Source: the human T2T-CHM13v2.0 reference genome, Homo sapiens. Taken from it: a stretch of 64,000 bases of DNA. Location: NCBI RefSeq assembly GCF_009914755.1, contig NC_060927.1, one strand, 5' to 3'. Below the pieces are notes generated by a model that made no database searches, had not been told where the DNA came from, and saw only the letters and a program-made list of their open reading frames with translations. The translations under genes were made by a program, and so were the position numbers. Positions 62,651 through 64,000 of the stretch are shown here, piece by piece (the stretch's first letter is position 1; each line of letters opens with the position of its first letter).

Positions 62651-63072
62651 CATTAGAGAAAAATCGCACTTGACAGAGTTAAACAGGCAAGGAAGATTTT
62701 ATTCAAGACCACTGAAACAGGGTCAAGACTAATGTAATAGGAAAGAGAGCTTGAACTCAACTCAGAATACAACAGGGACAAGTGGAGATTTATAGCCAAT
62801 GTGCAGAGTGAAGGAATGGATGGGAAATTACTAAGGAGAACTTGGTTAGGTATTAGGGATAGGGGAAGAGGAACTTGGTTAGGTATCAAGAGTAGGGGAA
62901 GAGGAACTTGATTGGGTGTTAAGGGTTGGGGGAAACTCTCTGAATTGACTTAGCAGGATTCTTTGATAAAACTAGGCTCAGCAGGCCAAGAATGGGACCA
63001 AAACAAGGCCTAGTTGAAAAGAGGGCTCAGTGGATTCTAGTTAGTGTTTGGTCAGGGAGAGAGTCCTTGTCA
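62651..63072 (-). mobile_element. MER31A-like ERV1 solo LTR
   Basis: On -: tgacaaggactctctccctgaccaaac...ctgagccctc...cctgtttaactctgtcaag; 4-bp TSD atat at 62647-62650 and 63073-63076; internal 33-bp tandem repeat. Confidence 0.8.
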
Positions 63073-63466
63073 ATATCTATGGGAAGAAGGTGCTATGGAA
63101 GGAGCATCACCCTTTCTCCCCCCGACCCACTTGGCAACTCCTGTCACTCAATACCCTCACAGCCTTCCTGGCCTCTCTGAATCTATAATTACACTCTTTA
63201 GACTGAAAAACCTGAGAAACAAACTGCCTCAGTAACATTCATTTTTCATGAATTATTTGTGCTACCCAATGATACCATGTCTAGGGCAAAACTCCTTGCC
63301 ACTGGCCTCTACTGTGAAGGAAAATCATCAGGTTAAATATTCTGGAAATTTAAATCTTCCAGCTTATATTTCTTTAGTTTGACAGTTCAGCATTCTGCAT
63401 GATACTTAGAATAGGTGTATATTTATTTAAAATTAACAACTTCTACCCAGTATTTGGTAAATCTAG

Positions 63467-63655
63467 ACCAATGGTTCTTATCTCATGGAATTACCTGGGT
63501 TACTTTGTAAATGTATACATTCTCAGACATAGTTCTGGATGAACTGAATAGAATTTATCCAGCATGGCTTGGGGATGGAGTCAGCCTTATGTATTTTTAC
63601 AAAGCTCCCAGTAAATTGTGATGACTATACACATTTTTGAAACAGTAATCTTGAG
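63467..63655. mobile_element. MER5B-like fragment
   Basis: ccaatggttctta...ggaattacctggg...tgtatttttacaaagctccc...tttttgaaacag. Confidence 0.6.
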
Positions 63656-63819
63656 AAATGTCCTCCAGGGTGGTACTCACACACCAGAGCTCAAAATGAG
63701 AATACTGGATCATCAAAATACATAAATCATAAAGAAATAGATTGTCTTAGAGATTGCTTTGGCGACTACAAAATATTTGTGAAAATTATATAATTTTAGT
63801 TTAGCTGTAATTAATAATA

Positions 63820-64000
63820 ATTGAGTGCATTCTATTTGCCAAATTCTATATATGAGCTGGAGTAATCCTTACATTGGCTCTATGATATCACTCTCTTTAC
63901 TTAAAACTGAGGCATTAGAAGTTAAGTAATGTTGTCAAGGTCATGTAGAATGTGACAGTGCCAGAAATAACACTCAAATGCACAAAAGTCACTTCTTCTA
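63820..64000 (-). mobile_element. MIR fragment
   Basis: ttgagtgcattctatttgcca...aaactgaggcattagaagttaagtaatgttgtcaaggtca. Confidence 0.7.

Noticed and set aside
62838-62925. 33-bp triple repeat
   Set aside because: Lies inside the MER31A-like LTR and is probably intrinsic to that family.

Overview
Primate (human-like), AT-rich genomic DNA dominated by transposon remnants, consistent with a gene desert or a large intron. I recognise no intact cellular protein-coding gene, RNA gene or CpG island; the long ORFs are LINE-1 ORF1/ORF2/ORF0, Alu or ERVL remnants. Main elements: a full-length degenerate L1PA6-like element (490-6532, -), an inverted 5'-truncated L1PA6/7 (13345-17870, +), L1PB/L1MA/L1MC fragments, seven Alus plus a FLAM-like monomer, MaLR/ERVL/ERV1 LTRs, a decayed ERVL pol region, and MIR/L2/MER5 fragments. 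Most notable structures that a repeat track would not explain: (1) a ~780-bp polyadenylated insert of mostly non-repeat DNA between perfect 17-bp TSDs (22521-23336), either a 3'UTR-only retrocopy or an orphan transduction; (2) an old L1 3' transduction of ~430 bp terminated by a MIR-derived AATAAA and nested in an L1PB (43323-47090); (3) a 90-bp cluster of back-to-back palindromes (48965-49053); (4) a templated mosaic insertion in L1 (46517-46559); (5) an extended ORF0 frame in the full-length L1; (6) a speculative chain of minus-strand exons starting beside a MER31A LTR. Subfamily names come from recalled consensus sequences and are approximate.
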